64,000 nt of DNA from Anaerolineae bacterium (GTDB lineage Bacteria > Chloroflexota > JAHJIN01), in assembly GCA_034435155.1 (NCBI GenBank), contig DAOTYG010000324.1, positions 13,622 through 77,621 of the forward strand, in the 5' to 3' direction. Position numbers and translations under genes: made by a program. Shown piece after piece: positions 44,820 through 53,508 of this stretch (positions are counted from its first letter, which is position 1; each line of letters begins with the position of its first letter). Under the pieces are notes generated by a model. That model was not told the DNA's origin and searched no databases. It was given only the letters and a program-made list of their open reading frames with translations.

Positions 44820-46460
44820 CTACTGCCCCCGAAAGGCCCGCGAGAGGGCCACCTGCTGGCGATAGCGCGCCACCTGCCGTTCCACTTCGGCCTCATCCCA
44901 ACCCAGCAGCCGGGCCATCCGGTTCGCCACGGCCCGGGCGATGCCCAATCCCTGCTCTGCCTCCTCGTAAAAGACCTGCGTCCGGCGGATCAGTACGTCG
45001 TCCAGGGTCAACGCCATCTCGTGTTGCACGGCATACGGCACCTCGGCCCAGAGGTACGGCCGGCCGGGGACGAGCCGCTCACCCAGCGAGGCCTCGGCCT
45101 GGACAAAGGCCAGGACGGTGTCTGCGCCGGGGCCGTAGAAGCGCGCCAGGTGCGCCAGGACATCGCGCTCCACCTGGGGGTAACGCCCGGTCAGGTCGGC
45201 CAGCTCTGCCGCCGGGTCCCGCGTGGCGCCGGAGAAGGGCAGCCGCGCCGTCTGGCAACCCCGCTTCGCCCGGATGCCGTGCTCGCGGGCGAGCTTCTGC
45301 ACGGCCCGGTCCACCGTCTCCTCCGCCATCTGGCGATAGGTGGTGAGCTTGCCCCCGGCGATGGTGAGCAGCCCGGCGTCGCTCTCCACGAGCCGGTGGG
45401 CGCGGGAGACCTGGTAGGCCGATTTGCCTTCCTGCCGCACCAGGGGCCGCACCCCGGCGTAGGTGCTGAGCACGTCGTCGCGCGTCAGATGGACGCCAAA
45501 GACCTCGTTGGCCGCCGCCAATAGCTCGTCCACTTCTTCTGCCGTAGCACAGACCTGATCCAGATCACCTTCGTGCTGGGGGTCTGTCGTGCCCAGGATG
45601 CAGGTGTTGTCCCATTCCAGGGCAAAGCGGGCGCGGTCGCGGCCGGTGAAGGTGACGGCGGCCCGGATGTCCAGCCTGGTGCGGGGGATCACGACGTGGC
45701 TGCCGCGACTGGGGACCATCAGCGGTGGCGCCGTCGGGTCATCCATCTGCCGGATGCGGTCCGACCAGACGCCGGTGGCGTTGACGATGACCCGGGCGCG
45801 GACGGTGAATCGCTCCCCGGCGATGCGGTCCCACACCTCAGCCCCGGCGACCCGGCCGTGCTCCTTCACCAGGCCCAGCACCTCCGCGTGGTTGGCGACG
45901 AGCGCGCCGTGCTCGTGGGCCGACTGGACGACCGCCAGGGTGAGCCGGGCGTCATTGGCCCGGCAATCGTAATAGACTGCGCCCCCCACCAGGTCTGTCG
46001 GGCGGATCATCGGCTCGGCGGCAACCACCTGCTCTGGGCGCAACAGGCGATGGCGCTGATACATCCTGAACCGGGCCAGGATGTCGTAGAGCCACAGCCC
46101 CAGCCGGGCCACCAGCAGGCCGCGTTTGGCGCGCCGGTAGACCGGCGCGGTGAACGGCGTGGGCCAGACCAGGCGCGGGGCCAGCCGCCAGAGCCGGTCG
46201 CGCTCGCGGCATGACTCGGCCACCACACCGAACTGCCCCTGGGCCACGTAGCGCAGCCCGCCATGCACCATGCGCGAGGTCTTGGAGCTGGTGCCGGAGG
46301 CAAAGTCGCCCTTCTCCACCAGCGCCACGGTCAGGCCCCGGAGAGCCGCGTCCCGGGCCACCCCGGCCCCCGTGATCCCCCCGCCGATGACGAGCACGTC
46401 GAATACCTCACGCTTCATGCGCTCGATGTTCGCGTTTCTTGTAACTGGTGAGAACTCCAT
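44820..46460 (-). CDS. glpD: FAD-dependent glycerol-3-phosphate dehydrogenase
   Basis: FAD-binding DVLVIGGGITGAGVARDAALRG, GlpD-family conservation throughout, C-terminal helical domain; ATG at 46460 after GGAGG. Confidence 0.85.
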   Translation of the reverse strand: MEFSPVTRNANIERMKREVFDVLVIGGGITGAGVARDAALRGLTVALVEKGDFASGTSSKTSRMVHGGLRYVAQGQFGVVAESCRERDRLWRLAPRLVWPTPFTAPVYRRAKRGLLVARLGLWLYDILARFRMYQRHRLLRPEQVVAAEPMIRPTDLVGGAVYYDCRANDARLTLAVVQSAHEHGALVANHAEVLGLVKEHGRVAGAEVWDRIAGERFTVRARVIVNATGVWSDRIRQMDDPTAPPLMVPSRGSHVVIPRTRLDIRAAVTFTGRDRARFALEWDNTCILGTTDPQHEGDLDQVCATAEEVDELLAAANEVFGVHLTRDDVLSTYAGVRPLVRQEGKSAYQVSRAHRLVESDAGLLTIAGGKLTTYRQMAEETVDRAVQKLAREHGIRAKRGCQTARLPFSGATRDPAAELADLTGRYPQVERDVLAHLARFYGPGADTVLAFVQAEASLGERLVPGRPYLWAEVPYAVQHEMALTLDDVLIRRTQVFYEEAEQGLGIARAVANRMARLLGWDEAEVERQVARYRQQVALSRAFRGQ

Positions 46461-46472
46461 CACACCTCCATT

Positions 46473-46555
46473 TCGGAATGCGGAATGCGGATTTCGGAAT
46501 GCGGAATGCGGAATGGGGGGCCATACGCCGCATTCCGCATTCTATATTCTACATT
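46473..46555. repeat. (CGGAATG)x6 heptamer tract plus inverted GCATTCCGCATTC arm forming a hairpin
   Basis: Between AGPS-like gene stop and glpD start. Confidence 0.9.
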
Positions 46556-46561
46556 CCTAAT

Positions 46562-48259
46562 TCATAAATCCAGGGCCAATATGCCGCCGGGGTTCATGAT
46601 GTTGTGCGGGTCGAAGTGCCGCTTGAGGGCGCGGAACACCTCAAGCTGGTTCGTGCCGATCTGACCCTCCAGCCAGGGGGCGGTGCTCCGGCCGATGCCG
46701 TGATGGTGGCTCATGGTGGCCCCGGTCGCCTGGATCGCGTCCAGGATGCTGGCCTGGTAGGCCAGGTACTCGTCCAGGCCCTCCATGCGGGCGATGAAGA
46801 TGAAGTACAGGTTCGCGCCCTGGGGGTAAAAGTGCGAGGCGTGGGTCATGCAGATGGTGCGGGGCCGGGCGTGGCAGACCTGGCGCACGCCGGCCCAGAC
46901 CCGGTGCAAATTCGCCCAGCTCACGCCACATTCCAGCGTATCCAATATGATCCCGAAATCGCCCAGGTCTTCGCGCATGTACGGGTCACGGAAGCGGCCG
47001 TGTTCCCAGCGTTTGGTCACATAGCCGGTGGTGTAGAGCGCGCCGTACCGTTTGCAGATGGCCTTGATCTTGCGTTTCACCAGCCGTCCATAGTCCGCGT
47101 CGCCGTCGGTGTGGCCCAGGAGCAGGCAGCGCTCCATCGGCCGGTAGCCCAGCCGGGTGAGGAGCGTGTCCGCCAGGGGCACGTCCTCCACGCCGTAGAG
47201 CTTGAAGGCCACGTCAGTCTCCTCCGGGTCCGACAGCCGGAACACCGACGGGAAGCCGAACTCCCCCTGCATGACCTCACGGCACGCCTCCACTGCTGAC
47301 TCCCAGTCTCGAAAGACAAAGCTGAACCGCTGGCGGGCCTCCGGCCGGTAGCGATATACCTTGAGCGTGACCTCTACCAGCACGCCGAAGGTCCCCTCAG
47401 AGCCGAGCATGATTTGATCGATATCCGGCCCCGTGGCCTTGGCCGGCACGTCCACCGTCACGATGTCGCCCACCGGGGTGACGTATTTCTGGGACAGGAT
47501 CAGGTGCTCGATCTTGCCGTAGTAGGTGGAGTTCTGCCCGGCTCCCCGCGTGACCACCCAGCCCCCCACCGACGAATACTCGAACGACTGGGGAAAGTGG
47601 CCGCAGGTGTAGCGGTGCGGCGCGCCGAAGCGTTCCGGGGCCTGGTTCAACGCCTCCTCCAGGGCCGGGCCATAGATGCCCGGCTCCACGGTCACGGTCT
47701 GGTTCACCGGATCCAGGCGCAGGATGCGGCGCATGTGGGTGCTCATCTTCAACGAGATGCCGCCGCGCACGCACTCTGCGCCCCGGGTTACGCCGGAGCC
47801 GGCCCCAAAAGGCACGATGGGGATGCGCCGCTCGTCGCAAAAGCGCACCAGTTGGCGCACGTCGTCGGCATGGCGGGGATGGACCACGGCATCTGGCGGG
47901 TTCTCGATGACCCCGGCCCGCAGACGCAGCACGTCCACCATCGTCTTGCCGTAGCAGACGGCCGCGCGCGACCCATCGTCCGTGGATACGTTCTCCGGCC
48001 CCACGATGGCGGCCAGCCCGGCCAGCGTCTCCGCCGACAGGCGGCACGGTTGCTCTACACGCACCGGCGTCTCACCGGTGTTCGTGCGAACCCGGAAGTC
48101 GTCATCGGTCATGCCGAAGACCTGCTTCATGTGCTCGTACAGCCGCCGGTTGGGGTGCTTGAACTCCGTGGGGCTGCCCCATTTGAGGAGCGCGCGGTAT
48201 GAGCCAGGTGGCGGAGGGGATTCGGTCCAGGGGGGAGTGAAACGGTCTCGTTTGGGCAT
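46562..48259 (-). CDS. FAD-linked oxidase, alkyldihydroxyacetonephosphate synthase-like (start at internal ATG 48257-48259)
   Basis: FAD-binding PCMH-type domain (PIVPFGAGSGVTRGA) and AGPS-like C-terminal part (HHHGIGRS); N-terminal 45 aa also exist as a duplicated fragment at 49354..49476. Confidence 0.85.
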   Translation of the reverse strand: MPKRDRFTPPWTESPPPPGSYRALLKWGSPTEFKHPNRRLYEHMKQVFGMTDDDFRVRTNTGETPVRVEQPCRLSAETLAGLAAIVGPENVSTDDGSRAAVCYGKTMVDVLRLRAGVIENPPDAVVHPRHADDVRQLVRFCDERRIPIVPFGAGSGVTRGAECVRGGISLKMSTHMRRILRLDPVNQTVTVEPGIYGPALEEALNQAPERFGAPHRYTCGHFPQSFEYSSVGGWVVTRGAGQNSTYYGKIEHLILSQKYVTPVGDIVTVDVPAKATGPDIDQIMLGSEGTFGVLVEVTLKVYRYRPEARQRFSFVFRDWESAVEACREVMQGEFGFPSVFRLSDPEETDVAFKLYGVEDVPLADTLLTRLGYRPMERCLLLGHTDGDADYGRLVKRKIKAICKRYGALYTTGYVTKRWEHGRFRDPYMREDLGDFGIILDTLECGVSWANLHRVWAGVRQVCHARPRTICMTHASHFYPQGANLYFIFIARMEGLDEYLAYQASILDAIQATGATMSHHHGIGRSTAPWLEGQIGTNQLEVFRALKRHFDPHNIMNPGGILALDL

Positions 48260-48289
48260 GTTGTTCTCTCTCGTAAATAGCGCTCCGGC

Positions 48290-48440
48290 CACTGCTCGCG
48301 GCGGGTCTGCCAGGCCCACCCAGTCCGGCCTGGGCCGGGGGCCTGACTGGTTGACCCGCCGCCGGCGCGGGGTGGCACACCCCGCGCGAGCATGGTCGCG
48401 CAGCATATTTTCGTTCTACGGGGTGCGCCCCGCGCGTGTG
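48290..48440. repeat. Inverted-orientation copies of the composite hairpin REP seen at 62466-62805
   Basis: Reverse complement of 62528-62610 matches 48299-48385 with few mismatches. Confidence 0.8.
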
Positions 48441-48461
48441 AGTCTCCTCCTCAAATCGCGG

Positions 48462-48490
48462 TTGACACACAGCCTACAGCGTGCTACAAT
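48462..48490 (+). promoter_or_regulatory. Near-consensus promoter TTGACA-17-TACAAT firing rightwards into the 3' region of, and antisense to, the DUF3800 gene
   Basis: -35 at 48462-48467, -10 at 48485-48490; no plus-strand protein-like ORF downstream. Confidence 0.5.
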
Positions 48491-48714
48491 ATATCCGAAC
48501 CGGGTGACCCGGGACCTCTCGGCACTCTGCCGGGAGCTGAACCGGGTTGTGCGGCCCCAGGGCCGGCCCCGGCGAAAAAACGGACCACTGGCTGCTGTGC
48601 ACGGCAGCCAGGCGGCCAACGTTTCCCCTCGGCGAACAAGTGCCCGGCTGTAGGGCGCGAGCCAGGTGGTTGAATGTCCCGTCAGGGACCACAACCTGGA
48701 TAGCCGAGGCGGTT

Positions 48715-49338
48715 TTATTTGGTGGCCTCATAGTGATAGACCCATAAGTGCCTGCCCAGACCCCGCAGGTAATCTGTACCTCCATTCTCGCGCGTTACCA
48801 TTGCCCCGGCCAGCATGTCCGCCACCTGCAAGCCATCCCAACGGCGCGCTGGCTCCCCGCGTACCTTGGGAGTCTGCTTCAACCCACGGGCTAACAGCAC
48901 CGGGGAAGTGACCACCCGCAGGTTGCGTATCAACGGACTGTTTTTCACCTCACTGTCTACAAGAATTCGTTTGACTGTCAGCAAATCCAGGGGAGCGCGA
49001 GCCAGCAATTGCGCCAGGAAGAGACCGTAAAAAGACGGGGTGTGCATCCTGGCAAACTCCACGGATAAGCGGCGTTTGTCCACCATCAGCAAAGCCCCCT
49101 CCCAGGCAAAGTGTGGTAGGGTGGCGAAGAACGCGGTTCGCACCACCTGAGAGTTGCGAGCGAAATGGAACTCGAACGCCTGCGGCAACCCCAGTTGTGC
49201 TCTCAGCCGGATGAGTCCTTGTCGCAACCCGGCATAGTCTGTGCTGGATACCAGGCTCAGAACGAGGTGAGACGAAGATCCGAGAGCAAATTTGAAACCA
49301 GTGTCACCTGACCAGTCAACAAAGCCATAGGCTCGCAC
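48715..49338 (-). CDS. DUF3800-like protein (GTG start)
   Basis: N-terminus MRAYGFVDWSGDTG resembles the DUF3800 (YxDESG) start; lower local GC; 15 nt downstream of the AGPS N-terminal fragment. Confidence 0.55.
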   Translation of the reverse strand: MRAYGFVDWSGDTGFKFALGSSSHLVLSLVSSTDYAGLRQGLIRLRAQLGLPQAFEFHFARNSQVVRTAFFATLPHFAWEGALLMVDKRRLSVEFARMHTPSFYGLFLAQLLARAPLDLLTVKRILVDSEVKNSPLIRNLRVVTSPVLLARGLKQTPKVRGEPARRWDGLQVADMLAGAMVTRENGGTDYLRGLGRHLWVYHYEATK

Positions 49339-49353
49339 TTGCTTCCCTCACTC

Positions 49354-49476
49354 CTACAGCCGGCGGTTGGGGTGCTTGAACTCCGTGGGGCTGCCCCATT
49401 TGAGGAGCGCGCGGTACGAGCCAGGTGGCGGGGGAGACTCGGTCCAGGGAGGGGTGAAACGGTCTTTTTCGGCCAT
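49354..49476 (-). pseudogene. Remnant of a second AGPS-like oxidase: 40-codon N-terminal fragment ending in TAG
   Basis: Translates to MAEKDRFTPPWTESPPPPGSYRALLKWGSPTEFKHPNRRL*, ~90% identical to residues 1-40 of the intact gene at 48259. Confidence 0.65.
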
Positions 49477-49621
49477 GCCTTCGTTCGCTCCATCAAGGCT
49501 ATCCATGTACGGCACGTATTATATCCGATCCTGCCCGGCCTTGCCAGAGTACCCGGCCCGATGTATACTCTGGTTGCTCGTAGCTGACCAGTTTCCAGCA
49601 ACTAGCTTCCAGTTGGAGGTG

Positions 49622-50458
49622 ATGATGGACCTGACGATGCGCCTGGAGCAGATGGCCCGGCCAGCCGGCGATATTCGCCTGCTGTCCCTGGCGGACACCC
49701 ACGCTCTGGCCCGCGAGTGCGGCACATCGGTGCGTGAGGTGGAGATGGCGGCGTTGACGATGCGTATCCTGCCGGCCCGCTATGTCCGCAATCTGGGCAC
49801 GGTGGGCTGGGACGGCCAACTGCGCCTGTTGCAGGCCACGGTAGCAGTGGTGGGCTGTGGGGGGCTGGGTGGCTGGATTATCGAGGGGCTGGCCCGGATG
49901 GGCGTGGGGCACCTGATCCTGGTGGATTGCGATGCCTTCGAGGAGAACAACCTGAACCGGCAACTTCTGTGCACGGAGGAGACGCTGGGCCGGAGCAAGG
50001 CCCTGGCAGCCCGGGACCGGGTGGCCCTGGTGAACAGCGCGGTACAGGTGACGGCCCATCCGGTCCTGGCAACGGCGGAAAACCTGCCGACTCTGCTGGC
50101 CGGCGCCGAGATCGTGGCGGATGCCCTGGATACCATCCCCCTGCGCCTGACGCTCCAGGAAGCGTCGGCGGCGCTGGGCATCCCCATGGTGCATGGGGCC
50201 ATCGCCGGGTACGTGGGGCAGGTCACCACGGTGTTCCCCGGCGACACGGGCCTGCGGGCCATCTATGGCGCCGGGGCCGTGCCGGAGCGCGGCATCGAGA
50301 GCCGGTGGGGCAACCCGGCTGCCACTCCCATGATGGTGGCCGCCTGGCAGGTGCAGGAGGTCATCAAGTTCCTGACGGGACGCGGGGAGTTGCTGCGCCA
50401 TCGCTTGCTCTACCTGGACGCGGAATCCGGCCAAGTGGAGGTCTTTGCCCTGGCGTGA
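49622..50458 (+). CDS. ThiF/MoeB/HesA-family E1-like adenylyltransferase with ~60-aa N-terminal extension
   Basis: Rossmann motif VAVVGCGGLGGWIIEGLARMGVGHLILVDCD; GGAGGTG RBS before ATG 49622. Confidence 0.8.
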   Translation: MMDLTMRLEQMARPAGDIRLLSLADTHALARECGTSVREVEMAALTMRILPARYVRNLGTVGWDGQLRLLQATVAVVGCGGLGGWIIEGLARMGVGHLILVDCDAFEENNLNRQLLCTEETLGRSKALAARDRVALVNSAVQVTAHPVLATAENLPTLLAGAEIVADALDTIPLRLTLQEASAALGIPMVHGAIAGYVGQVTTVFPGDTGLRAIYGAGAVPERGIESRWGNPAATPMMVAAWQVQEVIKFLTGRGELLRHRLLYLDAESGQVEVFALA

Positions 50459-50510
50459 TCTCGGGGCGGTCGGCGGTCGTTGGTTGGCGGTCGTTAGTCG
50501 GCGGTCGGGT

Positions 50511-51101
50511 TTATGTCGCCAGGCGTTCGCCGCATTGGGGGCACTGAGCCGTGCCGGCCGCCAGCAGTCGGCCACACGAGGGGCACCGCACCGGCTGCAC
50601 ATCGCCCAGGGGCGCGCCGCAGGCCACGCAACGCCCCTCACCGATCTGGTTGCCGGTGCGACAATACGGGCAGGTGACCATGGTCGGCTCCGGCGGCAAG
50701 GCCGGGCGCGTGCCCACGGTCTTGACGTATTGCTCCACTGCGGTCCAGATCTGTTGGGGCAGGTTCAGGTCCTGCACATTGCGTGCCACGTCGTCCACCC
50801 GGTGAACCAGGGACCAGGGGTTGATGAGCGCGCCCAGGCCGGTCTGCACCAGATCGGCGGCCACCTCCAACCACTGGGGTTCGCCCATGTCCACCTTCAC
50901 CCCCTCCTCAGTGGGTGCGATGGTCACGGTAATGGCGGTATCCGGCTCCCCTCGGATCCGCCTGTTGGTGCTGATCTGCACCACCGCTTGCGTCCCGCGT
51001 CCGACCTTGTGCGCCCGGTAATCGCCGCGATTGAACTGCGTCACCAGGGCTTCGGCCAGGTCCCCCGGCGTGATGTTCCCCCGAAACTTGCGTTCGGCCA
51101 T
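50511..51101 (-). CDS. Hypothetical protein with C-terminal double zinc-ribbon
   Basis: CPYC...C.AC and CPSCG...CPQCG motifs at the C-terminus; MITE-like element in its upstream region. Confidence 0.6.
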   Translation of the reverse strand: MAERKFRGNITPGDLAEALVTQFNRGDYRAHKVGRGTQAVVQISTNRRIRGEPDTAITVTIAPTEEGVKVDMGEPQWLEVAADLVQTGLGALINPWSLVHRVDDVARNVQDLNLPQQIWTAVEQYVKTVGTRPALPPEPTMVTCPYCRTGNQIGEGRCVACGAPLGDVQPVRCPSCGRLLAAGTAQCPQCGERLAT

Positions 51102-51174
51102 GTGCTTACCTCACCTTCATTTCTGGCCGCTCAAGTGTAGCACATTCGTTCCCCGCTGTCAAAGGTTCCCCAAC

Positions 51175-51312
51175 TGACATCCATGCACAACTTCTGTCAG
51201 GGAAGGGACAAGGAGGGAGAAAACCCCTACGGGGCATTCTTTCCCTCCCCGAAGGGCCGCGAAATGGGGAGTGGGGCAGTGCTCTCATGCGTTTAATCAC
51301 GCACGGATGTCA
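51175..51312. repeat. MITE-like element (138 bp) with 13-15 bp terminal inverted repeats TGACATCCATGCAC / CACGCACGGATGTCA
   Basis: TIRs read directly; internal core homologous to 30470-30570. Confidence 0.85.
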
Positions 51313-51323
51313 ATGGCTGGCCC

Positions 51324-51365
51324 TTGACAAATGAGTGAATACTCAGTATAATGAGCGAGCACTCA
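51324..51365 (+). promoter_or_regulatory. Consensus sigma-70 promoter TTGACA-17-TATAAT overlapped by palindromes TGAGTgaatACTCA and ATGAGcgagcaCTCAT (putative TetR operators)
   Basis: -35 at 51324-51329, -10 at 51347-51352; palindromes flank and overlap the -10; 25 nt upstream of the GIY-YIG-TetR RBS. Confidence 0.7.
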
Positions 51366-51389
51366 TAAAGGAGACGAGAGGAGCAGCCG

Positions 51390-52259
51390 ATGATCGAACC
51401 GGCGTTGGCGAGCCAGATGGCCTCGTTGCCCGCGCAGCCCGGCGTCTACCTGTTGAAGGACCCGGCCGGCCAGGTGGTCTATGTGGGACACGCGGATAAC
51501 CTGCGCCGGCGCGTGGCCCTTCACCTTTATGGTCTGGACCGAACCGACGACCTGCGCATCGAGTTCCAGGCCACAGCTACCGAGGGCGAGGCTCTGACCC
51601 TGGCCCGAGACCTCATTCGCCAGCACCGGCCCCGGTACAAAGACCTGGGCAAGATGCGGCGTCTGGCCGAGCGTCGTGCCCAGATCATTGAGGCCGCTGC
51701 GCGCGTCTTTGCCCAGAAGGGCTTTCACCAGGCCACCACCAAAGAGATCGCCCAGGAGGCTGGCATTGCCGAGGGCACTATCTATCTCTACTTTGCGAGC
51801 AAGGAAGACTTGCTGGTGGCCGTGCTTACCCAGCCTACCGTCTCGCTATTCCTGGAGATCGCCAGAGATGCGGAGAGCCTGGGCGATGATGATGCGACCA
51901 TCCTGAGTCAGGCCCTGCGGGCGGCCCTGGCGATGGGGCAGCAGTACGCGGATTACCTGCGCCTGTTCCTGGGCGCCATCCAGTCTGTGGATGACGACGT
52001 GCGCCAGCAGGTGTACCTGCGTCTGGAGGAGCAGATCGGGCCGGCCTTCCAGGGTTATGTGCAGCAGCGCATCGCCGCAGGCGCGTTCCGAGACCTGGAT
52101 GCCCGGGTGGTGACAGAAGCGTTGGTGGGTATGTGTCTCATCTTTATCATCACCCAGGAGCTATTGCAGGCCCGGCGTGTGCGTCCCCTGGATTTCGACG
52201 CCGTGGTGCCGGTGCTGGTGGAGCTGTTCTTGCATGGGATGGCGAAACGTGAACCGTGA
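51390..52259 (+). CDS. GIY-YIG (UvrC N-terminal-like) nuclease domain fused to TetR-family transcriptional regulator
   Basis: PGVYLLKDPAGQVVYVGHADNLRRRV ... LIRQHRPRYKD closely parallels the UvrC N-terminus; then TetR HTH RRAQIIEAAARVFAQKGFHQATTKEIAQEAGIAEGTIYLYFASKEDLL and a ligand-binding helical domain. Confidence 0.8.
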   Translation: MIEPALASQMASLPAQPGVYLLKDPAGQVVYVGHADNLRRRVALHLYGLDRTDDLRIEFQATATEGEALTLARDLIRQHRPRYKDLGKMRRLAERRAQIIEAAARVFAQKGFHQATTKEIAQEAGIAEGTIYLYFASKEDLLVAVLTQPTVSLFLEIARDAESLGDDDATILSQALRAALAMGQQYADYLRLFLGAIQSVDDDVRQQVYLRLEEQIGPAFQGYVQQRIAAGAFRDLDARVVTEALVGMCLIFIITQELLQARRVRPLDFDAVVPVLVELFLHGMAKREP

Positions 52260-52280
52260 CACGTGATAACTTGGAGGTAA

Positions 52281-53405
52281 ATGATCATGGAAGAATACGA
52301 CGTGGTCGTGGTGGGGGGTGGGATCGCCGGCTCCGTGGCGGCCCGACTCGCCGCCCGGCAGGGGTTTCGCACCCTGCTCATCGAAAAGAAAAAGACGCCC
52401 CGGAACAAATCCTGCTCCGGCATCCAGTTCCCCTATTTTGAAAAGCTCATCGGGGCCAGGATACCCCCGGACAGGCTCTGCCGGAACGAGCTATATCAGG
52501 TCGAGATCGTCACACCCAGCGGGCGCGCGCTCCATGGCCGGATGAAGATGCTCAACTTTTGGCGTTCCACCCTCGATAGCTGGCTCAACAGCCTGGCTGC
52601 GGAGGCCGGGGCCAACTTTCAAGATCAGACTCGCCTGCTGGACTTTCACCAGGAGGATGCTGGCGTGACTCTGCGTCTCCAGACTGACCAGGAGCGACTG
52701 GTTCGGGCACGCTATCTGATCGCCGCCGATGGCCTGTACTCCCGGATCCGCAAACAACTGCGCCCCGCCGATTTTGGCTCCCGGGCCAGCGGCGGCACGG
52801 TCAACTATTACTGCGTGGGCGAGACCACGCTGAACCCGCACACGCTCTACATGGTCTATAACCGGGACTTTTGCCCGCAGATGTTTGCCTGGGCCTACCT
52901 GAAGGATGACCAATGGGTCATCGGCACGGCGGCGGACCGTTGCCCCCGCGAGTATGCCGACCGCTTTTTCGCCTATATTCAGGCGCGGTATGGGTTTCGG
53001 GGCGAGATCGTGCGCAAGGAAGGGTTCTCGTCGCCCCTTACCGGTGGCGTCTTTTTGGGTTCAGGACGGGTGCTGCTCGTGGGCGACGCGGCCAATCTGG
53101 TAGACGCGCGCCGGGGCCTGGGCATGGACAACGCGGCCCTCAGTGCCCGCCTGGTCGTGCAGGCTCTCGTCGCCGCCGAGGGCGATGGTCGCCCTGCCGC
53201 AGAACAGTATCAGCGTTTGATGCGGGGCCTGGTGCGCAAGCTGGAGGCCAACCGGGATAGACAGGCCCGGCAGTTTGCCTCCAACGACCGGCTGGAAGCT
53301 GGCCTGAACCCCGGCAGCCTGCTCAAGGGCGGAGTGCTGATGAAGCTGGCCGGCTGGGCCAACGCCGTGTTGCCCCCGGAGCGGATCATCACCCTGCCGC
53401 TCTAA
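52281..53405 (+). CDS. FAD-dependent oxidoreductase, geranylgeranyl-reductase-like
   Basis: YDVVVVGGGIAGSVAARLAA dinucleotide-binding motif, GDAAN motif (LLVGDAANLVD). Confidence 0.8.
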   Translation: MIMEEYDVVVVGGGIAGSVAARLAARQGFRTLLIEKKKTPRNKSCSGIQFPYFEKLIGARIPPDRLCRNELYQVEIVTPSGRALHGRMKMLNFWRSTLDSWLNSLAAEAGANFQDQTRLLDFHQEDAGVTLRLQTDQERLVRARYLIAADGLYSRIRKQLRPADFGSRASGGTVNYYCVGETTLNPHTLYMVYNRDFCPQMFAWAYLKDDQWVIGTAADRCPREYADRFFAYIQARYGFRGEIVRKEGFSSPLTGGVFLGSGRVLLVGDAANLVDARRGLGMDNAALSARLVVQALVAAEGDGRPAAEQYQRLMRGLVRKLEANRDRQARQFASNDRLEAGLNPGSLLKGGVLMKLAGWANAVLPPERIITLPL

Positions 53406-53434
53406 AGCATTCGTGATCGGGGGACGTTCCTACC

Positions 53435-53481
53435 CTCCCGCAGGTTTGGGCACACCAGCCCCGTTCTAACCTGCGGGGGGG
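53435..53481. repeat. REP-family hairpin CCCTCCCGCAGG ... CCTGCGGGGGGG upstream of SDR gene
   Basis: Inverted repeat pair read directly. Confidence 0.8.
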
Positions 53482-53508
53482 CCAGTGTACTAAGGGGAGG
53501 AAAGGACA

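Noticed and set aside
48462-48715. Retron msr/msd or known housekeeping ncRNA (6S, SRP, tmRNA, RNase P) downstream of the strong promoter
   Set aside because: No adjacent RT gene. Sequence lacks the conserved SRP, RNase P or tmRNA signature motifs as far as I can tell by eye. Kept only as a candidate antisense/sRNA.
48140-49476. 125-bp direct repeats as a transposon target-site duplication
   Set aside because: The repeats are only ~90% identical and far longer than IS-generated TSDs, so a decayed paralogous gene copy is the better explanation.
49622-51101. Ubiquitin-like conjugation system (E1-like ThiF with N-terminal extension next to a zinc-ribbon protein)
   Set aside because: No Ubl, JAB or E2-like partner is present. 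The zinc-ribbon gene is on the opposite strand and separated by a MITE, so co-function is unsupported.
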